Origin: a virus
Taxonomy: Duplodnaviria > Caudoviricetes
Length of the DNA: 36,481 bases
Reading direction: 5' to 3' (one strand)
IMG/VR virus record: IMGVR_UViG_3300042299_000035
Coordinates: 1-36,481 of that record
Shown: positions 8,030 through 14,514 of the stretch, piece by piece
Position numbering within the stretch: the first letter of the stretch is position 1
Layout of the letters: the number at the start of each line of letters is the position of its first letter
The notes under the pieces: generated by a model
Databases searched by the model: none
What the model saw: only the letters and a program-made list of their open reading frames with translations
What the model was told of the DNA's origin: nothing
Position numbers and translations under genes: made by a program

Positions 8030-8077
8030 TTGCCAATTTGAACCCGACTGAACTGAACTAGCATATATAGGAAATGT

Positions 8078-8287
8078 ATGAACTACTTGGTTAACCCGAA
8101 CAAACCTTCCTCTCGTGCTCACCTTTGGGATGATGGAGATACATATTGCAAGATGTATTTAACTGGTGGGATGAGAAAGAAAAAATACAGGGTTTTTCCT
8201 GATTCACAGGACAGGGAAATTTGTTTAATGTGTGGGAATGTTTGGAAACAAATACACACATACAAGGATGAACATGGAAAAGTTTGA
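8078..8287 (+). CDS. Small Zn-binding hypothetical protein
   Basis: AH.W...T.C ... CLMC motif; AGGA RBS. Confidence 0.65.
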   Translation: MNYLVNPNKPSSRAHLWDDGDTYCKMYLTGGMRKKKYRVFPDSQDREICLMCGNVWKQIHTYKDEHGKV

Positions 8288-8636
8288 ATTATTTTGGGTG
8301 GCATGGCCTAAGTCATTTAGAAAAGGTGGCAAGGCTGCCTGTCTCGTAAAGTGGAAAAAGTACTACTGTGAGACTTGTGCAGATCAAATCATTAAGCACA
8401 TTGAGTGGATGAAAACAACAGACGCTTGGAGAAAAGACGATGGTGCTTTTATTCCTGCACCTTTGGTCTATCTGAACCAACAAAGATGGGATGGGGCTGA
8501 GATTCCAGAATCATTCGGGATCAAAGTTGAAGTGCAAATTGATCCTGCTTTGGCAAAGATTGATGCTGACAGAAAAAAAGCCGTCCCCATGCCTGAGCAC
8601 ATTAGGCAAGCAATGGCTCAATTAAGGAACAAATAA
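8274..8636 (+). CDS. Minimal phage replication protein (resembles the C-terminal domain of replisome organisers)
   Basis: FELFW..WPK..RKGGK..C...W and FIPAP.VYLNQQRWD motifs; no N-terminal HTH. Confidence 0.65.
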   Translation: MEKFELFWVAWPKSFRKGGKAACLVKWKKYYCETCADQIIKHIEWMKTTDAWRKDDGAFIPAPLVYLNQQRWDGAEIPESFGIKVEVQIDPALAKIDADRKKAVPMPEHIRQAMAQLRNK

Positions 8637-8743
8637 TGAGCCACTACCAAGCCCACATCCTGTTAGACAAAGTAAAAGATGGAGTCCCCTTTCCACTTCA
8701 TCTGATAAACAAAGCCTTAGAGCTTACTGGTGACCTAGAGTAA
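8636..8743 (+). CDS. Hypothetical protein (35 aa)
   Basis: Not in track; MSHYQAHILLDKVKDG...ALELTGDLE; TAATG coupling. Confidence 0.6.
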   Translation: MSHYQAHILLDKVKDGVPFPLHLINKALELTGDLE

Positions 8744-8749
8744 ACCCCT

Positions 8750-8962
8750 ATGGCATACAGCCGAAAATCAATATCAAATGCTGGAGACAGAGTTGTTTTG
8801 GAGAAAGCCGAGGCAAGGGAAATGTTCCGAACTTGGCAAACAAACAGAGATAACGATTTTGTTCGTGCCAGGCTTGAGCGTTGCGAAAGAATCTATGGAA
8901 CTGGAGCAAGAGATCGGGTCAGGTTTTATATGCGTCAAATGAAAGAAGGACAAATTGAATGA
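8750..8962 (+). CDS. Hypothetical protein
   Basis: 70-aa ORF within the operon. Confidence 0.65.
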   Translation: MAYSRKSISNAGDRVVLEKAEAREMFRTWQTNRDNDFVRARLERCERIYGTGARDRVRFYMRQMKEGQIE

Positions 8963-9650
8963 GTTGGCACTATTTGCGGGAGCTGGAGGGGGAATCCTTG
9001 GAGGACATTTGCTCGGGTGGAGAACAGTTGCAGCCGTTGAAATCGAAGATTACCCACGCAGAGTTTTACTGCAACGGCAAGCTGATGGACTCTTACCTAG
9101 ATTCCCTATCTGGGACGACATTAAAACATTCGATGGGAAGCCTTGGGCAGGAAAAGTCGATGTCATCTCAGGAGGTTTCCCATGCCAAGATTTGTCTGCA
9201 GCAGGAAAAGGAGCAGGACTTGATGGGGAACGATCAGGACTCTGGAGAGAAATGGCAAGGATCATTTGCGAAGTACGACCCCAATACACATTCATTGAGA
9301 ACTCACCAATGCTCACTATTCGAGGACTCGACAGAGTATTGTGCGACCTTGCCTCGATGGGGTTCGATGCGAACTGGGGAGTGTTGGGAGCTTCCGATGT
9401 TGGAGCAAAACACCAACGGGACAGAATTTGGATTGTGGCCCACGCCAACAACACCAAGCGGAGGCGGGAATTGCGGGGGTTCTGGGGCTTACAAAAATGC
9501 ATTAAAGAATGGAACTCACATTCCACATTCAATCAACCCGAACCTATACGAATGGTTGATGGGGTGGCCTCTAGGGTGGACAGACTTAAAGCCATTGGCA
9601 ATGGACAAGTCCCCTTGTGTGCAGCAACAGCATGGAGAATCCTGAAATGA
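8955..9650 (+). CDS. C5 cytosine DNA methyltransferase, catalytic (alpha) chain
   Basis: Motif I LFAGAGG, IV GGFPCQD, VI FIENS, VIII HQRDRIWIVA, X RLKAIGNGQV; lacks motif IX and a normal-length TRD; TTG start. Confidence 0.9.
   Translation: MNELALFAGAGGGILGGHLLGWRTVAAVEIEDYPRRVLLQRQADGLLPRFPIWDDIKTFDGKPWAGKVDVISGGFPCQDLSAAGKGAGLDGERSGLWREMARIICEVRPQYTFIENSPMLTIRGLDRVLCDLASMGFDANWGVLGASDVGAKHQRDRIWIVAHANNTKRRRELRGFWGLQKCIKEWNSHSTFNQPEPIRMVDGVASRVDRLKAIGNGQVPLCAATAWRILK
8959..9645 (+). CDS. Overlapping (+1 frame) methyltransferase beta chain carrying TRD-like and motif IX-like segments
   Basis: 228 stop-free codons inside the MTase gene; LWPTPT and INPNLYEWLMGWPLGWT; ATG with GAAGGA at 8 nt and ATGA coupling. 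Confidence 0.7.
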   Translation: MSWHYLRELEGESLEDICSGGEQLQPLKSKITHAEFYCNGKLMDSYLDSLSGTTLKHSMGSLGQEKSMSSQEVSHAKICLQQEKEQDLMGNDQDSGEKWQGSFAKYDPNTHSLRTHQCSLFEDSTEYCATLPRWGSMRTGECWELPMLEQNTNGTEFGLWPTPTTPSGGGNCGGSGAYKNALKNGTHIPHSINPNLYEWLMGWPLGWTDLKPLAMDKSPCVQQQHGES

Positions 9651-10075
9651 GCTTCATGGTCACTTTTAAAGTAGATGCTGACCCTGTCGGCAAACAAAGA
9701 GCAAGGTATGCCAAACGTGGAAACCATATTTCTACTTACACCCCTGACAAAACAAGAAACTATGAATCTTTAATCAAAGAAGCCGCCATAGAAGCAATGG
9801 GAAGTAGCGAACCCTTGGAAACCGCTGTAACGCTGTATTTGTACATCAGAGCACCAATTCCTAAGTCTTTGCCCAAAAAGCGCATAGAAGCCTGTTTAAA
9901 CGGCTTGGAGAAGCCAATTAAGAAGCCAGATGCCTCCAATGTGCTTAAAAGTGTGGAAGATGCTATGAATGGAGTTGTTTACAAGGATGATTCTCAGATC
10001 GTGAATATCCATGTTTCCAAGGTTTATTCAAGTGTTTCAGGAGTAGACGTTTGCATAAAAGAATGCTTGGATTAG
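9647..10075 (+). CDS. rusA: RusA-like Holliday junction resolvase
   Basis: PVGKQRAR and KKPDASNVLKSVEDAMNGVVYKDDSQIV motifs; start at the ATGA overlap 9647. Confidence 0.9.
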   Translation: MSFMVTFKVDADPVGKQRARYAKRGNHISTYTPDKTRNYESLIKEAAIEAMGSSEPLETAVTLYLYIRAPIPKSLPKKRIEACLNGLEKPIKKPDASNVLKSVEDAMNGVVYKDDSQIVNIHVSKVYSSVSGVDVCIKECLD

Positions 10076-10116
10076 GGTAAGTCCCAATACAAAACCTTGC
10101 AAAACAAGACTAACAT
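10073..10116 (+). promoter_or_regulatory. Box TAGGGTAAGTCCCA plus -10 TAACAT 24 nt downstream
   Basis: Same box and spacing as the 6878 and 13560 sites; followed by ACAGGAGTGAAT-type RBS. Confidence 0.55.
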
Positions 10117-10136
10117 TTAATTTTTAACAGGAGTGA

Positions 10137-10370
10137 ATGATGGAAAAAACTTGGGAATTTGATACAACCACAGGCGAAGGTAGCGAGATCGTTACAGTAG
10201 TTTACGAGTACGAGAACGATGGTGAGACTACTTACAACGAGTCAATCAAAGAGGTTTGGTTTGAGGGCAGAAACGTCATAGGGCTATTCTCTGACGAACA
10301 CTTCAAAGAACTAGAGATGGAAGCGGCTATGCGTTTCCAACACCATAAGCTGAACTACAAGCACGAATGA
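10137..10370 (+). CDS. Small acidic hypothetical protein
   Basis: 77-aa ORF with strong AGGAG RBS. Confidence 0.75.
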   Translation: MMEKTWEFDTTTGEGSEIVTVVYEYENDGETTYNESIKEVWFEGRNVIGLFSDEHFKELEMEAAMRFQHHKLNYKHE

Positions 10371-10828
10371 GAAAGCGAACTAAACGCAAGGTCTGGGCAT
10401 TGATTGACCCAATACAGCATGGAATCATTGGTGCGTCAATCACCCACAGAGACAAGCTAGACAAGCTCAGAATGATGGAATACTCAGCTTTAGAAGCAAT
10501 GATCAAAGGACAAGGAACAGTAACCGATTGGCGAACCCTTGTCGATGTTCTAAACCTGAGTGAAACGATGGCAAGGCACAACATCGGAAAAGATGAAGTT
10601 TTACCTGTTTGCCAAAAAGCACAAGATGCCTTGCATCAAGCGGCAGAACGCTACCAAAACACAATGAAAATGGGTTTATCAGGCGAAGGCATCAAAGCGG
10701 TGAGGGATTTAATCGAATATGCTGATTTACAACAATCAAGCATTAGTCGATCTGAATTTGAGAGATATATTAAGAAAACCAAAGATTATATTAAATCAAA
10801 TAATGATTTAGTCGTGGAGATAATATGA
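10367..10828 (+). CDS. Hypothetical protein
   Basis: 153-aa ORF with basic N-terminus; ATGA-coupled. Confidence 0.75.
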   Translation: MRKRTKRKVWALIDPIQHGIIGASITHRDKLDKLRMMEYSALEAMIKGQGTVTDWRTLVDVLNLSETMARHNIGKDEVLPVCQKAQDALHQAAERYQNTMKMGLSGEGIKAVRDLIEYADLQQSSISRSEFERYIKKTKDYIKSNNDLVVEII

Positions 10829-11043
10829 ACAGAGATGACATTATTAAATTGGCAAAAGAGGCTAAGTTTTACATTAACGACAATGAAGCATATAGCCCAT
10901 CCAATCAAGAAGACTTCGAGTTAACCGAACACCTAGAACGTTTTGCCAAACTGATAGCAGAGCATGAACGCAATGAAATAATAGAAATTTTGGATGCGTC
11001 AACTGGATACGTTCACATGGATGCAATAAGGGAGAGAACATGA
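10825..11043 (+). CDS. Hypothetical protein (MNRDDIIKLA ... LERFAKLIAEHER type)
   Basis: 72-aa ORF; ATGA-coupled. Confidence 0.7.
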   Translation: MNRDDIIKLAKEAKFYINDNEAYSPSNQEDFELTEHLERFAKLIAEHERNEIIEILDASTGYVHMDAIRERT

Positions 11044-11366
11044 GTGATAACCCTCACAAGGCAATACAGTTCCTGATTGATACAGCCCCTCTCTATTCCA
11101 AGGCCAAAGCCACTAGGATGTACTTAGAAGAATTCAGGAAATCACGCAAGGCTCAGTTAATGAGCCAGGCAGGAACAGAGGTTCTAGGTAAGCAAGAAAC
11201 CTACGCCTATGCTCATGCTGACTACATCGAAATACTCGAAGGAATTAGGGAAGCAGTCGAATTGGAGGAGCGTTATCGTTGGCTAATGACGGCAGCACAA
11301 ACCCGAATCGAGGTATTTAGAACCGAGCAATATAGTGCTAGGCATGAAATAAAAAACACCCAATGA
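11040..11366 (+). CDS. Hypothetical helical protein
   Basis: 108-aa ORF; ATGA-coupled. Confidence 0.75.
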   Translation: MSDNPHKAIQFLIDTAPLYSKAKATRMYLEEFRKSRKAQLMSQAGTEVLGKQETYAYAHADYIEILEGIREAVELEERYRWLMTAAQTRIEVFRTEQYSARHEIKNTQ

Positions 11367-11641
11367 ACAACAAATTAAGCGCAAAGCAAAGGCTTCACAT
11401 TGGGAAAGTTAAACTATTGCCATGCTCAGTGTGCGATCAACATGGGCCAAGTGACGCACATCACATAGAGCAAAAACTACAATATTGCGTGATCGCTTTA
11501 TGCCGTGATTGTCACAATAGCTGGCACGGCACTAAGGCTATATGGCGCATCAAAAAAATGGATGAACTAGCAGCCCTTGACATAACCATTCGCAGATTGA
11601 CTCAGGAAATGCCACTAGAAAGCGATTCAAGCCCCTTTTAA
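11363..11641 (+). CDS. HNH-like / Ref-type Zn-binding nuclease
   Basis: LPCSVC...DAHHI...IALCRDCH motif. Confidence 0.7.
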   Translation: MNNKLSAKQRLHIGKVKLLPCSVCDQHGPSDAHHIEQKLQYCVIALCRDCHNSWHGTKAIWRIKKMDELAALDITIRRLTQEMPLESDSSPF

Positions 11642-11718
11642 GACGTTTTCTAGTGCTTGTGCATACCAACTATGCCAGACGTAAAAAAAGAGCTTATAGC
11701 CCTTATTTGATAGACAAG

Positions 11719-11739
11719 AAAAAACCCTCCGTAGAGGGC
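11719..11739 (-). terminator. Rho-independent terminator of the leftward early operon
   Basis: GCCCUC-UACG-GAGGGU plus a U-run on the - strand. Confidence 0.85.
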
Positions 11740-11745
11740 TTGAAT

Positions 11746-11796
11746 TTATCGTTTTGTAAGTATTCGTAAGATTAGGGCTAATGTTGCATAGATCAT
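11746..11796 (-). CDS. 16-aa hydrophobic/cationic peptide MIYATLALILRILTKR
   Basis: ATGA-coupled to the upstream gene, AAGGT upstream, ends just before the terminator. Confidence 0.5.
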   Translation of the reverse strand: MIYATLALILRILTKR

Positions 11797-11951
11797 TCCA
11801 TTACCTTTAGATCTTCCTCAATTACAGCCATTGCAGTACAAATATCGCTCCAAATCTCGTCAAATTGCGGATCACCCTCAGGGATAAGATCAGACCGATA
11901 AGCCTCTAGAGCATCCCAAATTATGTCAATTTGTTGTTTTACATCGTGCAT
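11793..11951 (-). CDS. Small acidic hypothetical protein (52 aa)
   Basis: Start at 11951 after AAGGGG. Confidence 0.65.
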   Translation of the reverse strand: MHDVKQQIDIIWDALEAYRSDLIPEGDPQFDEIWSDICTAMAVIEEDLKVME

Positions 11952-11961
11952 TTTTAGCCCC

Positions 11962-12405
11962 TTAATAAACACAAACGCCACGGGAATAATAAGAATCTAC
12001 ATTTTTACCCTCTGGAATATCGTCAGGGCGGATTAAATAAAGTGCTGCCCCTCTAGGGTCACCTTGGATATAGGGTTTAATTTCAACTTGTGACATGGGC
12101 CAACCTAAAAAAGCCCATTCACGGGTGTTTCTAAGCCATAAAATGTGACTGAGCCGCTTTTTAGCCCCTTTTTCTCTGTCTGCAATGGGTGAGAGTTTGC
12201 CTGAGTATTCACTACGCCAAAAAGGTTTGCCAGCTTCATCCCGTTCAACACACCCGCCATCGATACCGCATTCAAGCTCATGCCATCGTTGCAAGGTCAT
12301 GCTAATTTTGCGAAGTTTCTCAGCCTCAAAAGCTGTAAAACCTAAGTTTATAAGAGTATTTTCTTGCGCTGTAATGCGCTGTTTTTCACGTTTTGTCATT
12401 GCCAT
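11962..12405 (-). CDS. Hypothetical early protein (L.RWHELECG ... QGDPRG..LY)
   Basis: 147-aa ORF; TAGGTG RBS. Confidence 0.75.
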   Translation of the reverse strand: MAMTKREKQRITAQENTLINLGFTAFEAEKLRKISMTLQRWHELECGIDGGCVERDEAGKPFWRSEYSGKLSPIADREKGAKKRLSHILWLRNTREWAFLGWPMSQVEIKPYIQGDPRGAALYLIRPDDIPEGKNVDSYYSRGVCVY

Positions 12406-12423
12406 GTTTACACCTATAAATTG

Positions 12424-12477
12424 AAAACCTTGGGAAATTCCAAGGCCATAAGCCCCTAAATTAAAGGCTTACAGTCT
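12424..12477 (-). repeat. 54-nt two-hairpin intergenic element, copy 1
   Basis: Gapless 39/54 identity to 12787-12840 with compensatory substitutions. Confidence 0.75.
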
Positions 12478-12482
12478 TAAAA

Positions 12483-12758
12483 TTACATTGCGTGAGCAGA
12501 TAACCAAGCTGGATTAGAAATTGGTTTCGATTCTTGAACATACCAAATTTGGCTTATGGGCTTAGATTGTCTGAAATCGCCTTGATGAATTTGCCATGCA
12601 ACAAAGCCCCTTTTTTGGCATTCTTTTGCAGATATTTCACCCATGAGCTTTTTAGTGATTCGCCCGTCAAGAATAATCACCGCACGATCACCGCACCCCT
12701 CAATAATTCTATTGTGGTCAATGGCGGAGCGAATAAAGAATTGAGCATAATATTTCAT
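12483..12758 (-). CDS. Hypothetical early protein (CGDRAVIILDGR)
   Basis: Start at 12758 after TAGGTG. Confidence 0.7.
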   Translation of the reverse strand: MKYYAQFFIRSAIDHNRIIEGCGDRAVIILDGRITKKLMGEISAKECQKRGFVAWQIHQGDFRQSKPISQIWYVQESKPISNPAWLSAHAM

Positions 12759-12786
12759 GATGTAACACCTATTCAAAAAGTTAATG

Positions 12787-12840
12787 AAACCCTAGTTAAA
12801 CACCTAGGCCATTGACCCCTAATCTAAGGGCCAACAGTCT
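12787..12840 (-). repeat. 54-nt two-hairpin intergenic element, copy 2
   Basis: Aligns without gaps to 12424-12477; both copies lie between a stop codon and the next RBS. Confidence 0.75.
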
Positions 12841-12845
12841 AAACA

Positions 12846-13043
12846 TTAGGACAAAAGGGCTTTACAAAGTAGATCAGCCTCATGTAAATCAATGGCTGAC
12901 CGAAAAGCCTCTAAGTATTCGGCAAATTGAGGGTGATCTGGCTTCATGTTGACTCCGCCAGCTTTGCGAGTTGATTCGACAATGATTCCAGCACTGTTAG
13001 CGAGATATGCTGAATAATTGCCTGATGTGTGTAGAGTGAGCAT
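12846..13043 (-). CDS. Hypothetical early protein
   Basis: Start at 13043 after TAGGTG. Confidence 0.7.
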   Translation of the reverse strand: MLTLHTSGNYSAYLANSAGIIVESTRKAGGVNMKPDHPQFAEYLEAFRSAIDLHEADLLCKALLS

Positions 13044-13074
13044 TTTTGACACCTATTAAAAAGAAAAAGAGAGA

Positions 13075-13170
13075 TTATTTGGTCAGGACATCAAAGTACG
13101 CCAATAGACCTATACAAAGGATAAGACCCGCCAAGATTGCTGTCAGGATGTCTTTTTGGTTATCGTTCAT
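13075..13170 (-). CDS. 31-aa single-TM peptide MNDNQKDILTAILAGLILCIGLLAYFDVLTK
   Basis: Not in track; ATGA-coupled, AAGGA RBS. Confidence 0.65.
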   Translation of the reverse strand: MNDNQKDILTAILAGLILCIGLLAYFDVLTK

Positions 13171-13487
13171 GCTAGTTCCTTTTTTGTGAGTGAGCTGATT
13201 TTGTCCAAGATAGCATCCCATGAGTTTGTTTCTAATTCGCAAGCAAAATCGAAAGGGTCACAATCATTGTCTTTGTCTTTAACGACAAGGGCAAACTGTA
13301 GACCCCCGCATTCGCGTCTGTTTTCGTCAGCATAGTTCACCCAAAGAATCATTTCTTGCTTGTCGTTTAGATCGCATGAAAAAGAGGGACAGACATCGTT
13401 ATGCCATGAGACATCGACAAAGCCATCGGGCAATTGTGGAATGTCATAGTCAAAATTGGGGAATTCATATTTGTAAGAGCATCGCAT
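13167..13487 (-). CDS. Acidic hypothetical early protein (SWHND.CPSF motif)
   Basis: 106-aa ORF; AAGGTG RBS; first gene of the operon. Confidence 0.75.
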   Translation of the reverse strand: MRCSYKYEFPNFDYDIPQLPDGFVDVSWHNDVCPSFSCDLNDKQEMILWVNYADENRRECGGLQFALVVKDKDNDCDPFDFACELETNSWDAILDKISSLTKKELA

Positions 13488-13530
13488 ATTTACACCTTTT
13501 AAGTTGACCCTCTACATTTGAGGTATAGAG

Positions 13531-13575
13531 AGAATAGCAACAAAAAAAGAAAAAACTATTAGGACAAACCCTAAT
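13531..13575 (-). promoter_or_regulatory. Box ATTAGG-ACAAAC-CCTAAT plus extended -10 TGcTATTCT
   Basis: Palindrome 13558-13575; -10 hexamer (13536-13531) lies 23 nt from the 14-bp core on the - strand. Confidence 0.6.
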
Positions 13576-13618
13576 AAAGTACAATTAATTTAAATTAATT
13601 ATCAGACAAGGTTGGACA

Positions 13619-13867
13619 ATGGCTAGACCTCCAAAGATAGACACTATCCAATTTCGCAGAAAGTTAGACAACCCTAAACGACAGATTCTTTTAACAGTTG
13701 GACAAGGGAATATATCTAATGGTTTCGAAAACCTATTAGCCCTCTACCAACACTTGCATTCATTGGGATATAGGATAGACGAACCATTCGAGACAATAGG
13801 GTTAGTTACTAACTATGTCGGTAATAAACAACAACCCCAAACAGAGGATAGTCTAGTAGATAGATAA
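13619..13867 (+). CDS. Small putative DNA-binding protein (ribbon-helix-helix-like)
   Basis: MARPPK arm, TIQFRRKL strand, helix-GQGNISNG-helix pattern. Confidence 0.5.
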   Translation: MARPPKIDTIQFRRKLDNPKRQILLTVGQGNISNGFENLLALYQHLHSLGYRIDEPFETIGLVTNYVGNKQQPQTEDSLVDR

Positions 13868-13985
13868 GGGATAGATAGAGGGAATAGGATAGGGAAACAC
13901 AATTGATAAACAAATCCAAGTAACCCTAAAAAGGTGCATCAATCCCTCTCTGAACTTTATGCAAAAAACGCATAACCTTTGCACT

Positions 13986-14050
13986 AAGGGTAAACCCTAT
14001 GACTGTATGTGTGGCCAGTACTGTAAGGATAACCATGAGGGAAAACCCTG
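13986..14050. promoter_or_regulatory. Two further boxes, AAGGGTAAACCCTA (13986-13999) and GAGGGAAAACCCTG (14037-14050)
   Basis: Match to the TAGGG-N4-CCCTA consensus, upstream of terS. Confidence 0.5.
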
Positions 14051-14056
14051 ATGTAT

Positions 14057-14083
14057 GGGGGGGGAGGGGGTGGTGATGGGTGG
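14057..14083 (+). other. G-tract G8-A-G5-TGGTGAT-GGG-TGG (potential G-quadruplex or packaging-site region)
   Basis: Longest G-run I noticed, just upstream of terS. Confidence 0.4.
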
Positions 14084-14136
14084 TAGAAATTTGTGGTACA
14101 TCCCCCATTCCGAAAAAGCTAAATTGAAAGGAAAGC

Positions 14137-14514
14137 ATGGAAACGACTCTAAAGCGTGGAAGAGGAAGGCCGAAGGGGAGCGTCAAGATGACGATACAGA
14201 GGTTTGCTGACAATCCTCCTGTGATACTGCCTAAGACTGATCACCAGAGGCTCAAGGAGTTGAAGGAGTTGATGATCAGGAGTGGAGGTAAGGATGTTGC
14301 TCAGAAGGTGATAGAGATAGCGTTGAATGACGAGCATCCGCATCAATTGGTGGCTTTGAAGATGTGTTTAGATAGGACTCTTCCTGTGAGTATGTTTGAG
14401 AAGGATAAGAGTCAGAGGAGTGCTGTAACGATTAACATTACAGGATTAGGAGTTGAGCCTACTGTTATTGATGAACAACCTATAGATGTAGAGGACAAGT
14501 ATGGCAGACCTTAA
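14137..14514 (+). CDS. terS: Terminase small subunit (putative)
   Basis: KRGRGRPKGS arm, helical core LKMCLDRTLP, beta tail VTINITG; directly upstream of and overlapping terL. Confidence 0.7.
   Translation: METTLKRGRGRPKGSVKMTIQRFADNPPVILPKTDHQRLKELKELMIRSGGKDVAQKVIEIALNDEHPHQLVALKMCLDRTLPVSMFEKDKSQRSAVTINITGLGVEPTVIDEQPIDVEDKYGRP

Noticed and set aside
8736-8750. TAGAGTAAACCCCTA as another regulatory box
   Set aside because: Spacing is off by one, it overlaps stop and start codons, and no -10 is evident at the expected distance.
9050-9532. Third, antisense ORF over the methyltransferase
   Set aside because: No motif or RBS; explained by constraint from two sense frames.
11630-11705. Imperfect inverted symmetry around GCATA-CCAAC-TATGC at the convergence of two operons
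   Set aside because: Only a 5-bp core pairs well and the arms have many mismatches; not supportable without homologues.
12424-12840. Hammerhead ribozyme assignment for the duplicated element
   Set aside because: No CUGANGA core on either strand.
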